A stretch of 64,000 nucleotides of DNA from Cenarchaeum sp. (GCA_965242695.1 CBDESU010000002.1:128001-192000); one strand, 5' to 3'. Numbered from the stretch's first letter, positions 17,382 through 28,320 are shown. The notes: a model not told the origin generated them from the sequence alone. Numbers and translations: made by a program.

Positions 17382-20024
17382 TTACGAGGTCCGGTCGTCA
17401 GCGGCAGTGGCTTCGTCGCCGTTGCCGCTGTCGTCTGAAGCGGAGCTGTATGTTACCGAGTAGCTGTCGTCGTACGTCGCATCGTCGCCGCCGTAGGCCG
17501 GGCTCTGCGTTGCCGTGTACCACTCTTCGAGTGGCGCATCGCCGCTGGCGCCGTAACCCTCGTCGTCGCCGCCGTAGGCCGGGCTCTGCGTTGCCGTGTA
17601 CCACTCTTCGAGTGGCGCATCGCCGCTGGCGTCGTAGCCCTCGTCGTCGCCGCCGTAGGCCGGGCTCTGCGTTGCCGTGTACCACTCTTCGAGTGGCGCA
17701 TCGCCGCTGGCGTCGTAGCCCTCGTCGTCGCCGCCGTAGGCCGGGCTCTGCGTTGCCGTGTACCACTCTTCGAGTGGCGCATCGCCGCTGGCGTCGTAGC
17801 CCTCGTCGTCGCCGCCGTAGGCCGGGCTCTGCGTTGCCGTGTACCACTCTTCGAGTGGCGCATCGCCGCTGGCGCCGTAGCCCTCGTCGTCGCCGCCGTA
17901 GGCCGGGCTCTGCGTTGCCGTGTACCACTCTTCGAGTGGCGCATCGCCGCTGGCGTCGTAGCCCTCGTCGTCGCCGCCGTAGGCCGGGCTCTGCGTTGCC
18001 GTGTACCACTCTTCGAGTGGCGCATCGCCGCTGGCGCCGTAGCCCTCGTCGTCGTCGTCGCCGTAGGCCGGGCTCTGCGTTGCCGTGTACCACTCTTCGA
18101 GTGGCGCATCGCCGCTGGCGCCGTAGCCCTCGTCGTCGTCGTCGCCGTAGGCCGGGCTCTGCGTTGCCGTGTACCACTCTTCGAGTGGCGCATCGCCGCT
18201 GGCGCCGTAGCCCTCGTCGTCGCCGCCGTAGGCCGGGCTCTGCGTTGCCGTGTACCACTCTTCGAGTGGCGCATCGCCGCTGGCGTCGTAGCCCTCGTCG
18301 TCGCCGCCGTAGGCCGGGCTCTGCGTTGCCGTGTACCACTCTTCGAGTGGCGCATCGCCGCTGGCGCCGTAGCCCTCGTCGTCGTCGTCGCCGTAGGCCG
18401 GGCTCTGCGTTGCCATGCGCTGGTCGTGCGTTGCATTGCCTTCGTCGTCCTGGCCGTGGCCCTGCGTTGCCGCGTGCCACTCTTCGAGCGCCGCCTCGAT
18501 CCTGTCGTAGATGTCGACCAGCCCCTCGTTCACGACCGTCCCGCCTTCCGAAGGCGATTCGGGCGTGACGGTGAGGTAGTCGTACTCGTCCGCAGGCGCG
18601 GCGTTTTCAGCGCCCGCCTGCGAGGCGTGCCGCTCGTCCTCGTCGAATGCGTCGTGCACCGTGGTGCTGCCGTTGGCGGGCGGCGCGGCTGGCGGCTCGA
18701 TCGGGTCTGGGACGGCTGCCTGGCCGGCGGCCGGGCCGCCATCCGCGCCGTCGTCCCCGCCCGCGCCGTACGCCGGGTATGCCGCGTCGAACGCAGCGTC
18801 GATCCGGGCGTAGATGCCGGCCAGCCTCTCGTTCATTGCCTCCCTGTCCTCGGCGGACAGTTCGGGAATGACGATGACGTAGCCGAACTCGGCGAGTATG
18901 GAGTTGTGCTCGGCGCTGGCCCGTTCGGCCAGCCTCTCGTCCTTGGCGAACGCGTCGGTCATCGCAATGCCGCCGTTCGCAAGCAGGGGGGCAAGCCGCC
19001 CTGCCAGATCCTCGACCTTGTCGGTGTGCAGTTCGAACAGGCGTCCCATCCTAGCGTCAAGCTGATCCAGCTGCGCATCGGTCAGGTCGGCCGGCTCCCT
19101 GTACTCAAACCCGTACTCGGCCAGCACGGCCTCGTGCTCTGCGTACAGTCCGTCGGCCGCGGCCGCAATGCCGTAGGGCGAGACGCTGAACGCGCCGTGC
19201 CCGTGGCCGGCAAAGTCGCCGTCCGCGCCGTCCGCGCCGATGGGCTCGGACTGCTCGACCATGCAGTGCTCTTCGAACAGCCTGTCCATCTTGCCCATGA
19301 CCGCGTCGAGCCTCTCGGCCAGGCGCTGCTCGTCGGCATCGGACAGCCGCGGCGTGCTGACGACAAAGCCGTGCTTGCGCAGGATGTCGTCGTGCTCGGC
19401 GGCAATCAGCTGGTAGACGGCAGCCATAGTGGCCTGCGGCCCAAAGGCGGCGAACGGGGGCCCCAGCAGGGCGCCGTCGGACCGCCTGGTCAGGTTGTCG
19501 ACCTTGTCCAGCATGCCGTCGTACCTTGCCGCAGAGGCCATCATCTCGGCCTCGATGCGGTCCATCTGCGCGCCGGTCAGGTTGGCCGGCTCCCTGTACT
19601 CAAACCCGTACTCGGCCAGTATGGCGTCGTGCTCGGCGTACAGCGCGTCCATGGCGGACGTCATGTTGGCGGCCTGCGCGGCGCTCGGCTCGCCGGCCGC
19701 GCCCGCAGGGTGCCCGCCGTACATGGGCCCGCAGATGGTGGCGTACGGGGCCGGCGCGGCGCCGGCTGGGTGCGCCGCGCCGCCGTCGCCGCCGGAGGCC
19801 GCCGCCGTCGACATGGCCATGGCCATGTCGTCGGCGGACAGTTCTGGCCCCTCGGCATAGCCCGAGGCCGCTCCGGCGGCAAGCGCCGCCACGAGGACCG
19901 CGGCCGAGGCCGCGCCGAGCGCTAGGAGGCCCGAGCCCCCGCGCGCCCTGCGGCCTGCCGCTGTGGTAGCGGTGGTGGTGGCAGTCTTGCCTTGCGTCGT
20001 CTCGGTTCGTGTCTTTGCTGTCAT
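17382..20024 (-). CDS. Secreted acidic protein with duplicated helical domain and 27-aa tandem repeats
   Basis: Hydrophobic signal-like segment; two copies of LYAEHxxxLAEYGFEYREP; GDAPLEEWYTATQSPAYGGDDEGY repeats. Confidence 0.75.
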   Translation of the reverse strand: MTAKTRTETTQGKTATTTATTAAGRRARGGSGLLALGAASAAVLVAALAAGAASGYAEGPELSADDMAMAMSTAAASGGDGGAAHPAGAAPAPYATICGPMYGGHPAGAAGEPSAAQAANMTSAMDALYAEHDAILAEYGFEYREPANLTGAQMDRIEAEMMASAARYDGMLDKVDNLTRRSDGALLGPPFAAFGPQATMAAVYQLIAAEHDDILRKHGFVVSTPRLSDADEQRLAERLDAVMGKMDRLFEEHCMVEQSEPIGADGADGDFAGHGHGAFSVSPYGIAAAADGLYAEHEAVLAEYGFEYREPADLTDAQLDQLDARMGRLFELHTDKVEDLAGRLAPLLANGGIAMTDAFAKDERLAERASAEHNSILAEFGYVIVIPELSAEDREAMNERLAGIYARIDAAFDAAYPAYGAGGDDGADGGPAAGQAAVPDPIEPPAAPPANGSTTVHDAFDEDERHASQAGAENAAPADEYDYLTVTPESPSEGGTVVNEGLVDIYDRIEAALEEWHAATQGHGQDDEGNATHDQRMATQSPAYGDDDDEGYGASGDAPLEEWYTATQSPAYGGDDEGYDASGDAPLEEWYTATQSPAYGGDDEGYGASGDAPLEEWYTATQSPAYGDDDDEGYGASGDAPLEEWYTATQSPAYGDDDDEGYGASGDAPLEEWYTATQSPAYGGDDEGYDASGDAPLEEWYTATQSPAYGGDDEGYGASGDAPLEEWYTATQSPAYGGDDEGYDASGDAPLEEWYTATQSPAYGGDDEGYDASGDAPLEEWYTATQSPAYGGDDEGYDASGDAPLEEWYTATQSPAYGGDDEGYGASGDAPLEEWYTATQSPAYGGDDATYDDSYSVTYSSASDDSGNGDEATAADDRTS
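17484..18413. repeat. 81/84-bp coding tandem repeat, about 11.5 copies
   Basis: CCGTAGGCCGGGCTCTGCGTTGCCGTGTACCACTCTTCGAG recurs every 81 or 84 bp. Confidence 0.95.
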
Positions 20025-20059
20025 TGGGGGCTAGAATGCGCGGTGGATATAAGCAGTTC

Positions 20060-20443
20060 CTATACATTGTTCAGCTTGGGGTCGGCGCCCGTACCGGGCG
20101 GCCCGCGCGCCCGCGTCGACTCGGCAAGCCACTCCATGTAGAGGGCGTTGACCCGGCCGGCGGCCAGCTCGGCGATCTCGGGCACGTCGTACGGGTGCGT
20201 CGCGGCGATGCGGCTCTTGAGGGCCTCGCAGGCCACGGCCGTCGTCTTGAACAGGGCCAGGCACTCGGTCTCCTCCTGGATACTCCCGTTCCACCGGTAC
20301 ACCGACGAGATGTCCGCCATGTTGGCGCACGCGGCAAGGCCGGCGCCGATCGCGTCGCGGGCGGCGCGCGCCGCCGCCTCCCGGTCGGGGTACGTCGAGA
20401 CGACCATGGCAGGCCCCCCAGGGGCGCCGGCGCCGGATTCCAC
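20060..20443 (-). CDS. cutA: Divalent-cation tolerance protein CutA
   Basis: LAACAN, SVYRWNG, E..ALFKT, HPYDVPEI, YMEWL. Confidence 0.9.
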   Translation of the reverse strand: MESGAGAPGGPAMVVSTYPDREAAARAARDAIGAGLAACANMADISSVYRWNGSIQEETECLALFKTTAVACEALKSRIAATHPYDVPEIAELAAGRVNALYMEWLAESTRARGPPGTGADPKLNNV

Positions 20444-20488
20444 GGCAAGCGGTAAAATAGGCGGGTTAAAAAGCGTGCGCGACTGCTG

Positions 20489-21691
20489 TTGGAGCTTGCG
20501 GCACTGGCGGACAATGCCATCATATACGTCCTGATCGCGTGGGGGGTCGTACTTGCCGCGGCCAAGGGCCTCAGGCTGCAGAACCACGGGTTCGACGTCA
20601 AGCCGTACAGCCTGACGTACAAGAACGCCCGCGTGCAGTCCGTCCTGGTCAGGATGCTCGGCCGCACACGCCGCGGCGTGCGCGTCTTCGCCGACGTCAG
20701 CGTCGTCGCGGGGTTCGGCATGATGGGGTTTGCGTTCTGGTTCCTCATATCGAACGTGGCCAACTACTTTGTCGCCCCGTCGGGGTTCTCAGAGGTGACG
20801 GTCCTCATACCCGGCGTGACCGTGACGTCGTACTCGGCGATCGTCAACTTCCTGCTGTGCATCCCGATCGTGCTGATCATGCACGAGGGCGCGCACGGCA
20901 TCGTGGCGGCCCTCGAGAAGATCAAGATCAAGACGGGCGGCTTTGCGATCTTCATCGCCCTGTTCGCGGGGTTCGTAGAGCCCGACGAGGACGAGTTCAA
21001 CAAGGCCAAGAAGGTCTCGAAGCTGCGCGTGATCGGCGCCGGGGCCACCTCGAACGTCATATTCTCGTTCGCCCTAGGCGCCGTCCTGCTGACCAACCCC
21101 GTGTTCGCCATCATCATGCCCGAGCCCATCAAGGGGGCGTTCTACGAGGCGCCCGACGGCGTGGTGGTCCTGTCCGTGATCGGGGGGTCCGGCGCCGAGA
21201 GGGCCGGCATCCTGCCCGGCGACGTCATAAACGGCATCAACGGCATGCCCGTGTACACCGCGTTCGACATGGAGAGGGCCGGCCTCGAGCCGGGCCAGAC
21301 CGCGGCCGTGTCCGTGCTGCGCGACGGGCAGGTCGTCGAGATGCCCGTCGAGATAACCGCCGCCGAGGACGACCCCGAGAGGGGGCTCGTCGGCATCATG
21401 CGGGACAGCTCGGCCGCGTACAAGCCCGTGTACGACTTTGTCGAGTGGGACAACCGCGAGCTGTCGCTGTTCCTGCTGTGGCTGTGGATGATCTCGTTCT
21501 TCATAGGGATCATCAACATGCTGCCCCTCCCCATACTGGACGGCGGCAAGTTCATACACACTATAATAGACGAGAGGATATCCGAGGGGGCGGTGAACGC
21601 GGCCATGTGGGCCATCTATGCGTTTACGTTCGTGCTGTTCGCGCTCAACATCGGCCTGTCGTACGCAAAGTCCGGCTGGTTTACGATATAG
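20489..21691 (+). CDS. Site-2 (M50) metalloprotease with PDZ domain
   Basis: HEGAH, GATSN, PDZ (AGILPGDVI), NMLPLPILDGG. Confidence 0.92.
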   Translation: MELAALADNAIIYVLIAWGVVLAAAKGLRLQNHGFDVKPYSLTYKNARVQSVLVRMLGRTRRGVRVFADVSVVAGFGMMGFAFWFLISNVANYFVAPSGFSEVTVLIPGVTVTSYSAIVNFLLCIPIVLIMHEGAHGIVAALEKIKIKTGGFAIFIALFAGFVEPDEDEFNKAKKVSKLRVIGAGATSNVIFSFALGAVLLTNPVFAIIMPEPIKGAFYEAPDGVVVLSVIGGSGAERAGILPGDVINGINGMPVYTAFDMERAGLEPGQTAAVSVLRDGQVVEMPVEITAAEDDPERGLVGIMRDSSAAYKPVYDFVEWDNRELSLFLLWLWMISFFIGIINMLPLPILDGGKFIHTIIDERISEGAVNAAMWAIYAFTFVLFALNIGLSYAKSGWFTI

Positions 21692-21710
21692 GGCGGGGGC
21701 GGATGCCGCA

Positions 21711-22940
21711 ATGCAGGCAGCCGCGCAGGCCGAGGGGGGCTCCGCGGGGGGCGCGTGCGGCGCGTGCGGCGAGCGCCCCGCGGCGTACGCCAGGGCGTAC
21801 TCGGGCGAGCGGCTGTGCGCCCCGTGCTTTACCGCCGCAATCGAGCGCAAGGCGGCAAGGACGATCTCGAGGCACTCGATGATACGCGGCGGCGACCGCA
21901 GGGTGTGCGTCGCCGTCTCGGGCGGCAAGGACTCGCTTGCGCTGCTTCGCGTGCTGAGCCGCATGTCCGAGCGCCGCAGGTTCGACGTCAGCGCCGTCAT
22001 GATAGACGAGGGCATTCCCGGGTACAGGGACGAGGCGCTCGGCATCGCCGAGCGGTACTGCGGGGGCCTCGGAGTCGAGCTCGCCGTGAGCTCGTACAGG
22101 GACCTGTTCGGGACTACGCTCGACGAGGCGCTGCGCGCCAGGGACGGCCCCGGGGCGCCGACGTCGTGCTCGATCTGCGGGACGCTCAGGCGGCGCGCCA
22201 TCGACATTGCGGCGGCCGAGGCCGGCGCCGACGTGGTCGCAACGGCGCACAACCTCGACGATGCGGTGCAGACGTTTTTGATCAACGTGATATCGGGCGA
22301 CACGGAGCGCATCGGGAGGATGCTGCCCGGGTCGGGCGGGGCGCTCGGCGGCGGCGCCCCCCGGAGGGTGCAGCCGTTCTGCGAGATATACGAGCAGGAG
22401 ATCGTCTTCTACGCGTTCGTCAACAAGATACCGTTCCAGGCCGAGCCGTGCCCCCACATGAACGAGGGCGTGCGCACGGGGCTGCGAGAGTTCCTCAACG
22501 GCCTAGAGGCCGCGCATGCCGGCTCAAAGAACAGCATGTACAGGTCCGCCATGCGCCTGGCCGAGGCCGTGGCGGCGGCAGGTGGCACCGGCGGGGACGC
22601 GGCCAGTGCCGGGGCCGGAGGGGCAAGGGTGGCGGGGCGGGCCGGAAGCGGCAGGGTGGCGCACCCCTGCCCGTCGTGCGGCGCGCCCTGCACCTCTGAC
22701 GACGTGTGCTCGGTGTGCAGGACGCTCGGGGGGCTGGCCGCAGGCCCGGGGGCGGGGGCGGGGGCGGCGCCCGCAGGCCCGGGGGCGGGGGCGGGGGCGG
22801 CGCCCGCAGGCCCGGGGGCGGGGGCGGGGGCGGCGCCCGCAGGCCCGGGGGCGGGGGCGGGGGCGGCGCCCGCAGGCCCGGGGGCGGGGGCGGGGGCGGC
22901 GCCCGCAGGGGGGCCTAGCGGCGCCCGCAGGGGGGCCTAG
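21711..22940 (+). CDS. TIGR00269-family tRNA 2-thiolation protein (TtuA/NcsA-like), repeat tail
   Basis: N-term Zn finger, PP-loop AVSGGKDS, CSICGTLRR, AHNLDD, CPH, C-term Zn finger; AGPGAGAGAAP tail repeats. Confidence 0.9.
   Translation: MQAAAQAEGGSAGGACGACGERPAAYARAYSGERLCAPCFTAAIERKAARTISRHSMIRGGDRRVCVAVSGGKDSLALLRVLSRMSERRRFDVSAVMIDEGIPGYRDEALGIAERYCGGLGVELAVSSYRDLFGTTLDEALRARDGPGAPTSCSICGTLRRRAIDIAAAEAGADVVATAHNLDDAVQTFLINVISGDTERIGRMLPGSGGALGGGAPRRVQPFCEIYEQEIVFYAFVNKIPFQAEPCPHMNEGVRTGLREFLNGLEAAHAGSKNSMYRSAMRLAEAVAAAGGTGGDAASAGAGGARVAGRAGSGRVAHPCPSCGAPCTSDDVCSVCRTLGGLAAGPGAGAGAAPAGPGAGAGAAPAGPGAGAGAAPAGPGAGAGAAPAGPGAGAGAAPAGGPSGARRGA
22740..22910. repeat. 33-bp tandem repeat (about 5 copies) in the TtuA C-terminus
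   Basis: GCAGGCCCGGGGGCGGGGGCGGGGGCGGCGCCC repeated. Confidence 0.9.
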
Positions 22941-22991
22941 CGGCGGCGCTCGGCAGGCAAGGCAGATATACCACGCATGCAAAGGGCAACC

Positions 22992-23307
22992 GGTAGCAGG
23001 GAGGGTCGGGGTGCCAGCCGTGCCCCATTCCGAAACCGGCTATACGCGGAGGCCAGCAACCGTCGGGGTAATCTTCAGGCGGGCGGTACCTGCGGGGCGG
23101 GCGGAAATGAACCCACGCCGAGGCGGGTGGTTGCAGGCCCGGAAACGCCCGAAGGGGCGGCTTCTAGGGCCGAGCCGTCGAAAGGGACGAGGTCCGGGAG
23201 GGAGCAGTCCTAAGACGGAGCATCCACGCTTCCTCGTCCACGTGGCGGATCTTGCGCGCTTCGAGACGGGGCCGTTCGTGTGGACTGGAACCGGCGGGCC
23301 TGCTACC
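22992..23307 (+). ncRNA. ffs: Archaeal signal recognition particle (7S) RNA
   Basis: Terminal helix GGTAGCAGG/CCTGCTACC; Alu-like CCGAAACCGGCTATAC; helix-8 motif GTCCGGGAGGGAGCAG; about 315 nt; TATA (GATATA) upstream. Confidence 0.88.
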
Positions 23308-23376
23308 ACAAACGATCGGCGGGAGCGCCGCGGGCGTTGCCGCCCCCCCCCCCACCGGCCCCGCAGCGGCGGCACC

Positions 23377-23664
23377 CTAGCTCCCGTACCCGACGGCGAA
23401 CGGTCCGGACTCGCCGGCCGGATCCTCGTCGACTATATCCAAGCCCGACACCCTTGCGCCGGCGGGTCCGTGCCTGCACCACTCCGCCACGGCGGCCACC
23501 GCCGCGGCGGGGCCCTCGACGACGGCCTCGACCCTTCCGTCGTCCAGGTTGCGCACCCATCCGGCCACGCCGGCCTTTGCCGCCTCCGCCCTGAGGGCCT
23601 GGCGGAAAAAGACGCCCTGCACCTTGCCGCTGACGTGCACGTGTATGCGGCGGCTCCGTTCCAC
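23377..23664 (-). CDS. acyP: Acylphosphatase
   Basis: VSGKVQGVFFR, GWVRNLDDGRVE. Confidence 0.93.
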   Translation of the reverse strand: MERSRRIHVHVSGKVQGVFFRQALRAEAAKAGVAGWVRNLDDGRVEAVVEGPAAAVAAVAEWCRHGPAGARVSGLDIVDEDPAGESGPFAVGYGS

Positions 23665-23735
23665 GCGGCGGGCCCCGCCGGCGCCCTAATCAACATGGCG
23701 GCCGCCGCGGCCGCGGCCGCGGCCCCGGCACCGGG

Positions 23736-24467
23736 CTAACGCCGCTTCTTGAGGCGGGCCCTGCCCGTCTTGCGGGCCGCTATGCTGCCGACCTTTGCGC
23801 CCGGCGGCGCATCGCGCGCGACCGTAGAGCTCTGCCCGACGTGCTGGTGCCTCCCGCCGCCGTGCGGGTGGACGTACGCGGCCTGCGCGACGCCCCTGAC
23901 TATCGGGTACTTGCGCCCCTTTGAGCGGAACCGGCGCCACTTGCCGCCGGCGCTTATGAGCGGGCGCTCCGTGACGCCGCCGCCGGCGAGCGTGCCGATC
24001 ATTGCCCGGTTCTTCGGGTTGAGCGTGGCGAAGCGCCCCGAGGGCAGCTTTATAGTGACCCCCTCGTCGCTGTGCGAGAATACCGTCGCCGAGCCGCCGG
24101 CCGACTTTGCAATGGTTCCGCCGTCGCCGAACTGCCGCTCGACGTTGCACACGGTCGTCCCGTCGGGTATGTTCTGCACGCTCACGACGTTGCCGTCCTC
24201 TATGCTCGACTTCAGCCCAAAGTGGAAGACCGAGCCGACGCGCGTGCCGAGCACGGCCGGCACGTACGCCGTCTTGCCCGTCTCGAAGACGACCTTTGCA
24301 AGCGGCGCGTCGCGGCCGCGCTCGTGCACCAGGTCCACGACCCTGCCCTCGTGCTGCTCGGAGAGGGCAAACCCCGGGTAGCGCGCGCGGGCGACCTTGC
24401 CCGTCTTTGCGGCGCGGAACTGCATGCCGCCCCGGCCCCTTCTCCGCACGAGCGGCCTCTTGCCCAT
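23736..24467 (-). CDS. rpl2: 50S ribosomal protein L2
   Basis: MGKRPLVRRRGRG, VRGVAQAAYVHPHGGG, PPGAKVGSIAARKTG. Confidence 0.97.
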   Translation of the reverse strand: MGKRPLVRRRGRGGMQFRAAKTGKVARARYPGFALSEQHEGRVVDLVHERGRDAPLAKVVFETGKTAYVPAVLGTRVGSVFHFGLKSSIEDGNVVSVQNIPDGTTVCNVERQFGDGGTIAKSAGGSATVFSHSDEGVTIKLPSGRFATLNPKNRAMIGTLAGGGVTERPLISAGGKWRRFRSKGRKYPIVRGVAQAAYVHPHGGGRHQHVGQSSTVARDAPPGAKVGSIAARKTGRARLKKRR

Positions 24468-24571
24468 GCGCGCGCGGCGCGCAGGCGGCCGATTTTAAGC
24501 TTGCGCGCGGGTCCCTCGGCATGCCCCGATTTCGCCAAAGGTATAAAACCAAAGGACGGGCGCCGTCGCGC

Positions 24572-26758
24572 GTGAGCGCCAACCCCCTGTCGCTAAAGGT
24601 GCTCGAGGCCTACACGAGGGACGTCGGGAGGGGCGTTGCCAGGATAGACTACGACTCGATGGACACGCTGAGCGCGTCGACGGGCGACGTCATCGAGATC
24701 AAGGGCAAGAGGCGGACGGTGGCAAAGTGCCTCCCGCTGTACCCGTCCGACGAGGGCAAGGGGATCATCAGGATAGACGGCCTGGGCAGGAACAACTCGG
24801 GGATAGCCATCGGCGACACCATATCGGTCAGGAAGATAAAGGCGGCCGCGGCCGAAAAGGTCGTCGTCGCCCCGCTCGAGGCCATGCCGCCCATCGACGA
24901 GCGGTACCTGGCGGACGCCCTGGAGAGCGTCCCGCTCGTCAAGAGCGACAACGTGATGGTGCCCTACTTTGGCGGCCGCCTGACGTTCCAGGTGATCGGC
25001 GTCACCCCGGTGGCCGACGCCGTGCTCGTCACGCAGAAGACCGTGTTCCACATCGCCGAAAAGGGCGAGACGCTGCGCGGCGTCCCGCAGGTCACGTACG
25101 AGGACATCGGCGGCCTGACCGACGAGATCAAGAAGGTCCGCGAGATGATAGAGCTGCCCCTCAGGCACCCCGAGATATTCGAAAAGCTCGGCATCGAGGC
25201 GCCAAAGGGCGTCCTCCTGTACGGCCCTCCCGGGACCGGCAAGACGCTGCTCGCAAAGGCCGTCGCCAACGAGAGCAACGCGCACTTTATCAGCATATCC
25301 GGCCCCGAGATCATGAGCAAGTTCTACGGCGAGAGCGAGGCGAGGCTGCGCGAGATATTCAAGGAGGCGCGCGAAAAGGCGCCGTCCATAATATTCGTCG
25401 ACGAGATCGACTCGATCGCCCCGAAGAGGGAGGAGGTCACGGGCGAGGTCGAGCGCCGCGTCGTCTCGCAGATGCTCTCGCTCATGGACGGCCTAGAGGC
25501 GCGCGGCAAGGTCATCGTCATATCTGCGACGAACCGGCCGAACGCCATAGACCCCGCCCTGCGCAGGCCCGGCCGCTTCGATCGCGAGATCGAGATCAAG
25601 GTGCCCGACAAGAGGGGCCGCAAGGACATACTCGCCATCCACACGAGGAACATGCCGCTCACGGACGAGGTGCGGCTCGACAAGGTCGCCGGGCTGAGCC
25701 ACGGCTACGTCGGCGCCGACCTAGAGTACCTGTGCAAGGAGGCCGCCATGAAGTGCCTCAGGCGGCTCCTGCCCGAGCTGAACCTCGAGGACGAAAAGAT
25801 ACCGGCCGAGACGCTCGACAAGCTCGTCGTCAACGCGGACGACTTCAACAGGGCCCTCGTCGAGGTGACGCCGTCTGGCATGAGGGAGGTGTTCATCGAG
25901 AACCCCGACGTCAAGTGGGAAGAGGTCGGCGGCCTCAAGGAGGTCAAGCGCGAGCTTCAAGAGGCCGTCGAGTGGCCCATGAAGTACCCCGAGCTGTACG
26001 AGACGCTCGGGCACCGCATGCCGCGCGGCATACTCCTGCACGGCCCGAGCGGGACCGGCAAGACGCTGCTTGCAAAGGCCGTCGCCACGCAGAGCGAGGC
26101 CAACTTTGTGTCGGTGCGCGGCCCCGAGCTGCTCTCAAAGTGGGTCGGCGAGTCCGAGCGCGGCATCAGGGAGATATTCAGGCGCGCCAGGCAGGCGTCG
26201 CCGTGCGTCATCTTCTTTGACGAGATCGACTCGATTGCGCCGGTGCGCGGCGCCGGCGGCGAGACGGCCGTAGCCGAGCGAGTCGTAAGCCAGCTGCTCA
26301 CCGAGCTCGACGGCATGGAGAACCTGCACGGGGTCGTCGTGCTCGCTGCCACCAACAGGGCCGACATGATAGACCCCGCGCTGCTCCGCCCAGGCAGGTT
26401 CGACAAGATAATCCAGATACCCCTGCCCGACGAGCAGAGCCGCAGGAGCATACTCGAGATCAACGCCGAAAAGATACCCGTCGTCGACGACAAGGACAGC
26501 CCCGACAGGGTCTCGCTCGACAAGATCGCCGAGATCACCGACGGCATGAGCGGCGCCGACGTTGCGTCGATAGCCAACACGGCCGTCTCGCTCGTCATAC
26601 ACGAGCACCTCGACGAGGATCCCGACGCCAAGAAGATCGAGAGCGACGCCAAGAAGGCGCGCGTCACGATGCGGCACTTCGAGGAGGCCGTCAAGAAGGT
26701 GCGCGAGCAAAAGGACCTCAAGCTAGGCCAAAAGGTCGCCACGCCGTACTACGGGTAG
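24572..26758 (+). CDS. cdc48: CDC48/VAT family AAA+ ATPase
   Basis: Two AAA modules ([16 protein letters not shown]), N-domain [10 protein letters not shown]; GTG start after TATAAAA. Confidence 0.96.
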   Translation: MSANPLSLKVLEAYTRDVGRGVARIDYDSMDTLSASTGDVIEIKGKRRTVAKCLPLYPSDEGKGIIRIDGLGRNNSGIAIGDTISVRKIKAAAAEKVVVAPLEAMPPIDERYLADALESVPLVKSDNVMVPYFGGRLTFQVIGVTPVADAVLVTQKTVFHIAEKGETLRGVPQVTYEDIGGLTDEIKKVREMIELPLRHPEIFEKLGIEAPKGVLLYGPPGTGKTLLAKAVANESNAHFISISGPEIMSKFYGESEARLREIFKEAREKAPSIIFVDEIDSIAPKREEVTGEVERRVVSQMLSLMDGLEARGKVIVISATNRPNAIDPALRRPGRFDREIEIKVPDKRGRKDILAIHTRNMPLTDEVRLDKVAGLSHGYVGADLEYLCKEAAMKCLRRLLPELNLEDEKIPAETLDKLVVNADDFNRALVEVTPSGMREVFIENPDVKWEEVGGLKEVKRELQEAVEWPMKYPELYETLGHRMPRGILLHGPSGTGKTLLAKAVATQSEANFVSVRGPELLSKWVGESERGIREIFRRARQASPCVIFFDEIDSIAPVRGAGGETAVAERVVSQLLTELDGMENLHGVVVLAATNRADMIDPALLRPGRFDKIIQIPLPDEQSRRSILEINAEKIPVVDDKDSPDRVSLDKIAEITDGMSGADVASIANTAVSLVIHEHLDEDPDAKKIESDAKKARVTMRHFEEAVKKVREQKDLKLGQKVATPYYG

Positions 26759-26832
26759 CTGCCCCGGCGGGGCCGGCCGGCTGGTGGGCGCGGCGGGCAT
26801 TCATATTAATAAAAAAGGCCGGCGGGGCGGCC

Positions 26833-28257
26833 GTGTCCGGGTTCAGGGGGTACGCGGGGAGGTCGCTCGAGTTCCTCAGGGAGCGCGGCATCGAGGTCGG
26901 CGACCGCGTAAGGGCCGCGGCCGGCGGAACCGCCCACGAGGGGATCGTCATGCCGCGGTACGAGTCCGGGGGCGGCGGGGCGGGGGGGCGGCTGGTCCTC
27001 AAGCTCGCCAGCGGCTACAACGTCGGCATCGAGGTCGAGGAGATCGAGGGGGCCGAGATCGTCGCCAAGGGAGGCGGAAGCGCCGCGGAGGATCGGGCCG
27101 GGGGGCAGGGGCCGGCCGGCGAAGGGGAGGGGGCGGGCGGGGAGCTGCCGCGCATACTGCTGCTCTCGACCGGCGGGACGATAGCGAGCCGCATAGACTA
27201 CCGGACGGGCGCCGTGACGCCGGCCGTGACGGCCGGCGAGCTGAGCGCGTCGGTGCCAGAGCTCGGCGGGATCGCCCGCGTCGAGCCGCGCATACTGTTC
27301 TCCGAGTACTCGGAAAACATAGAGCCGCGCCACTGGATGCGCCTGGCCTCCGAGCTCGACTCGGCCGCCGGCGAAGGGGGGGACGAGGGGGGCGGGGGCG
27401 GGGGCGGGTACGCCGGCGCCATCGTGGCCCACGGCACGGACACCATGCAGTACACGGCCTCGTACGTCTCGTTTGCGCTGCGCGGGTACCCGATGCCCGT
27501 CGCGTTCGTAGGCTCGCAGCGGTCGTCGGACCGGCCCTCGTCGGACGCCGCGCTCAACCTGATCGCCGCGGCGAGGCTGATCGCAAGCGGCAGGGCCGGC
27601 AGGGGCGTGTACGTCGTAATGCACGCGGACGGGGGCGACTCGGCCGCGGCATGCCACCTCGGCACGCGGGTCCGCAAGTGCCACACGAGCAGGCGGGACG
27701 CGTTCCGCACGATAGGCGGGGAGCCGGCGTTCGTCGTGAGGCACGACAGGGGCGGAGAGGTGCAGGCGGCGGGGGGGAGCGGCGGGGGCGGGGCGCCGGA
27801 CTACTTTGGCGGGGCGCGCTACTCGCCCGAGATCGCGGCCGGCGAGGGCGCCATCCTCGTAAAGTGCCATCCCGGGTACGACCCCGCGGCCCTCGACCAC
27901 ATGATCGAGGCGGGCAGGTGCAGGGCAGTCATATTCGAGGGCACGGGCCTAGGACACGTCGGCAGGCCGCTGTACCCGACCGTCAAGAGGGCCGCCGAGC
28001 GGGGCATCTTCATGGGGATGACGTCGCAGTGCGTCGAGGGAAGGGTTCGCATGACCGTGTACGAGAGCGGCCGCGACCTGCTGGCCATGGGCATCGTCCC
28101 GCTCGGCGACATGCTCGCCGAGACCGCCCTTGCAAAGGCCGTCTGGGCCCTCGGCAGGGAGGACGCGCGCGGCGGGGGCGGGGGCCGGCGGACGGCGGCG
28201 GAGTCGCTGCGCAGCGCCATGCTCGAGCCGATCGCCTCCGAGGCAGCGGCCGGATAG
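26833..28257 (+). CDS. gatD: Glutamyl-tRNA(Gln) amidotransferase subunit D
   Basis: LKLASGYNVG, STGGTIASRIDYRTG, HGTDT, GSQRSSDRPSSD. Confidence 0.95.
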   Translation: MSGFRGYAGRSLEFLRERGIEVGDRVRAAAGGTAHEGIVMPRYESGGGGAGGRLVLKLASGYNVGIEVEEIEGAEIVAKGGGSAAEDRAGGQGPAGEGEGAGGELPRILLLSTGGTIASRIDYRTGAVTPAVTAGELSASVPELGGIARVEPRILFSEYSENIEPRHWMRLASELDSAAGEGGDEGGGGGGGYAGAIVAHGTDTMQYTASYVSFALRGYPMPVAFVGSQRSSDRPSSDAALNLIAAARLIASGRAGRGVYVVMHADGGDSAAACHLGTRVRKCHTSRRDAFRTIGGEPAFVVRHDRGGEVQAAGGSGGGGAPDYFGGARYSPEIAAGEGAILVKCHPGYDPAALDHMIEAGRCRAVIFEGTGLGHVGRPLYPTVKRAAERGIFMGMTSQCVEGRVRMTVYESGRDLLAMGIVPLGDMLAETALAKAVWALGREDARGGGGGRRTAAESLRSAMLEPIASEAAAG

Positions 28258-28320
28258 GCGGCGCAGGACGCCCCGCAGGGGGCGGGGTAGGTTTAATGGG
28301 CGGCCGCCGGAGGGCAGCCC

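Noticed and set aside
17484-18413. Repeat array considered as CRISPR
   Set aside because: Units are contiguous in-frame coding repeats with no unique spacers
22992-23307. RNase P RNA as an alternative identity
   Set aside because: Lacks the GAGGAAAGUCC and AGAA..CGGCU P4 motifs; has the SRP helix-8 motif and paired termini
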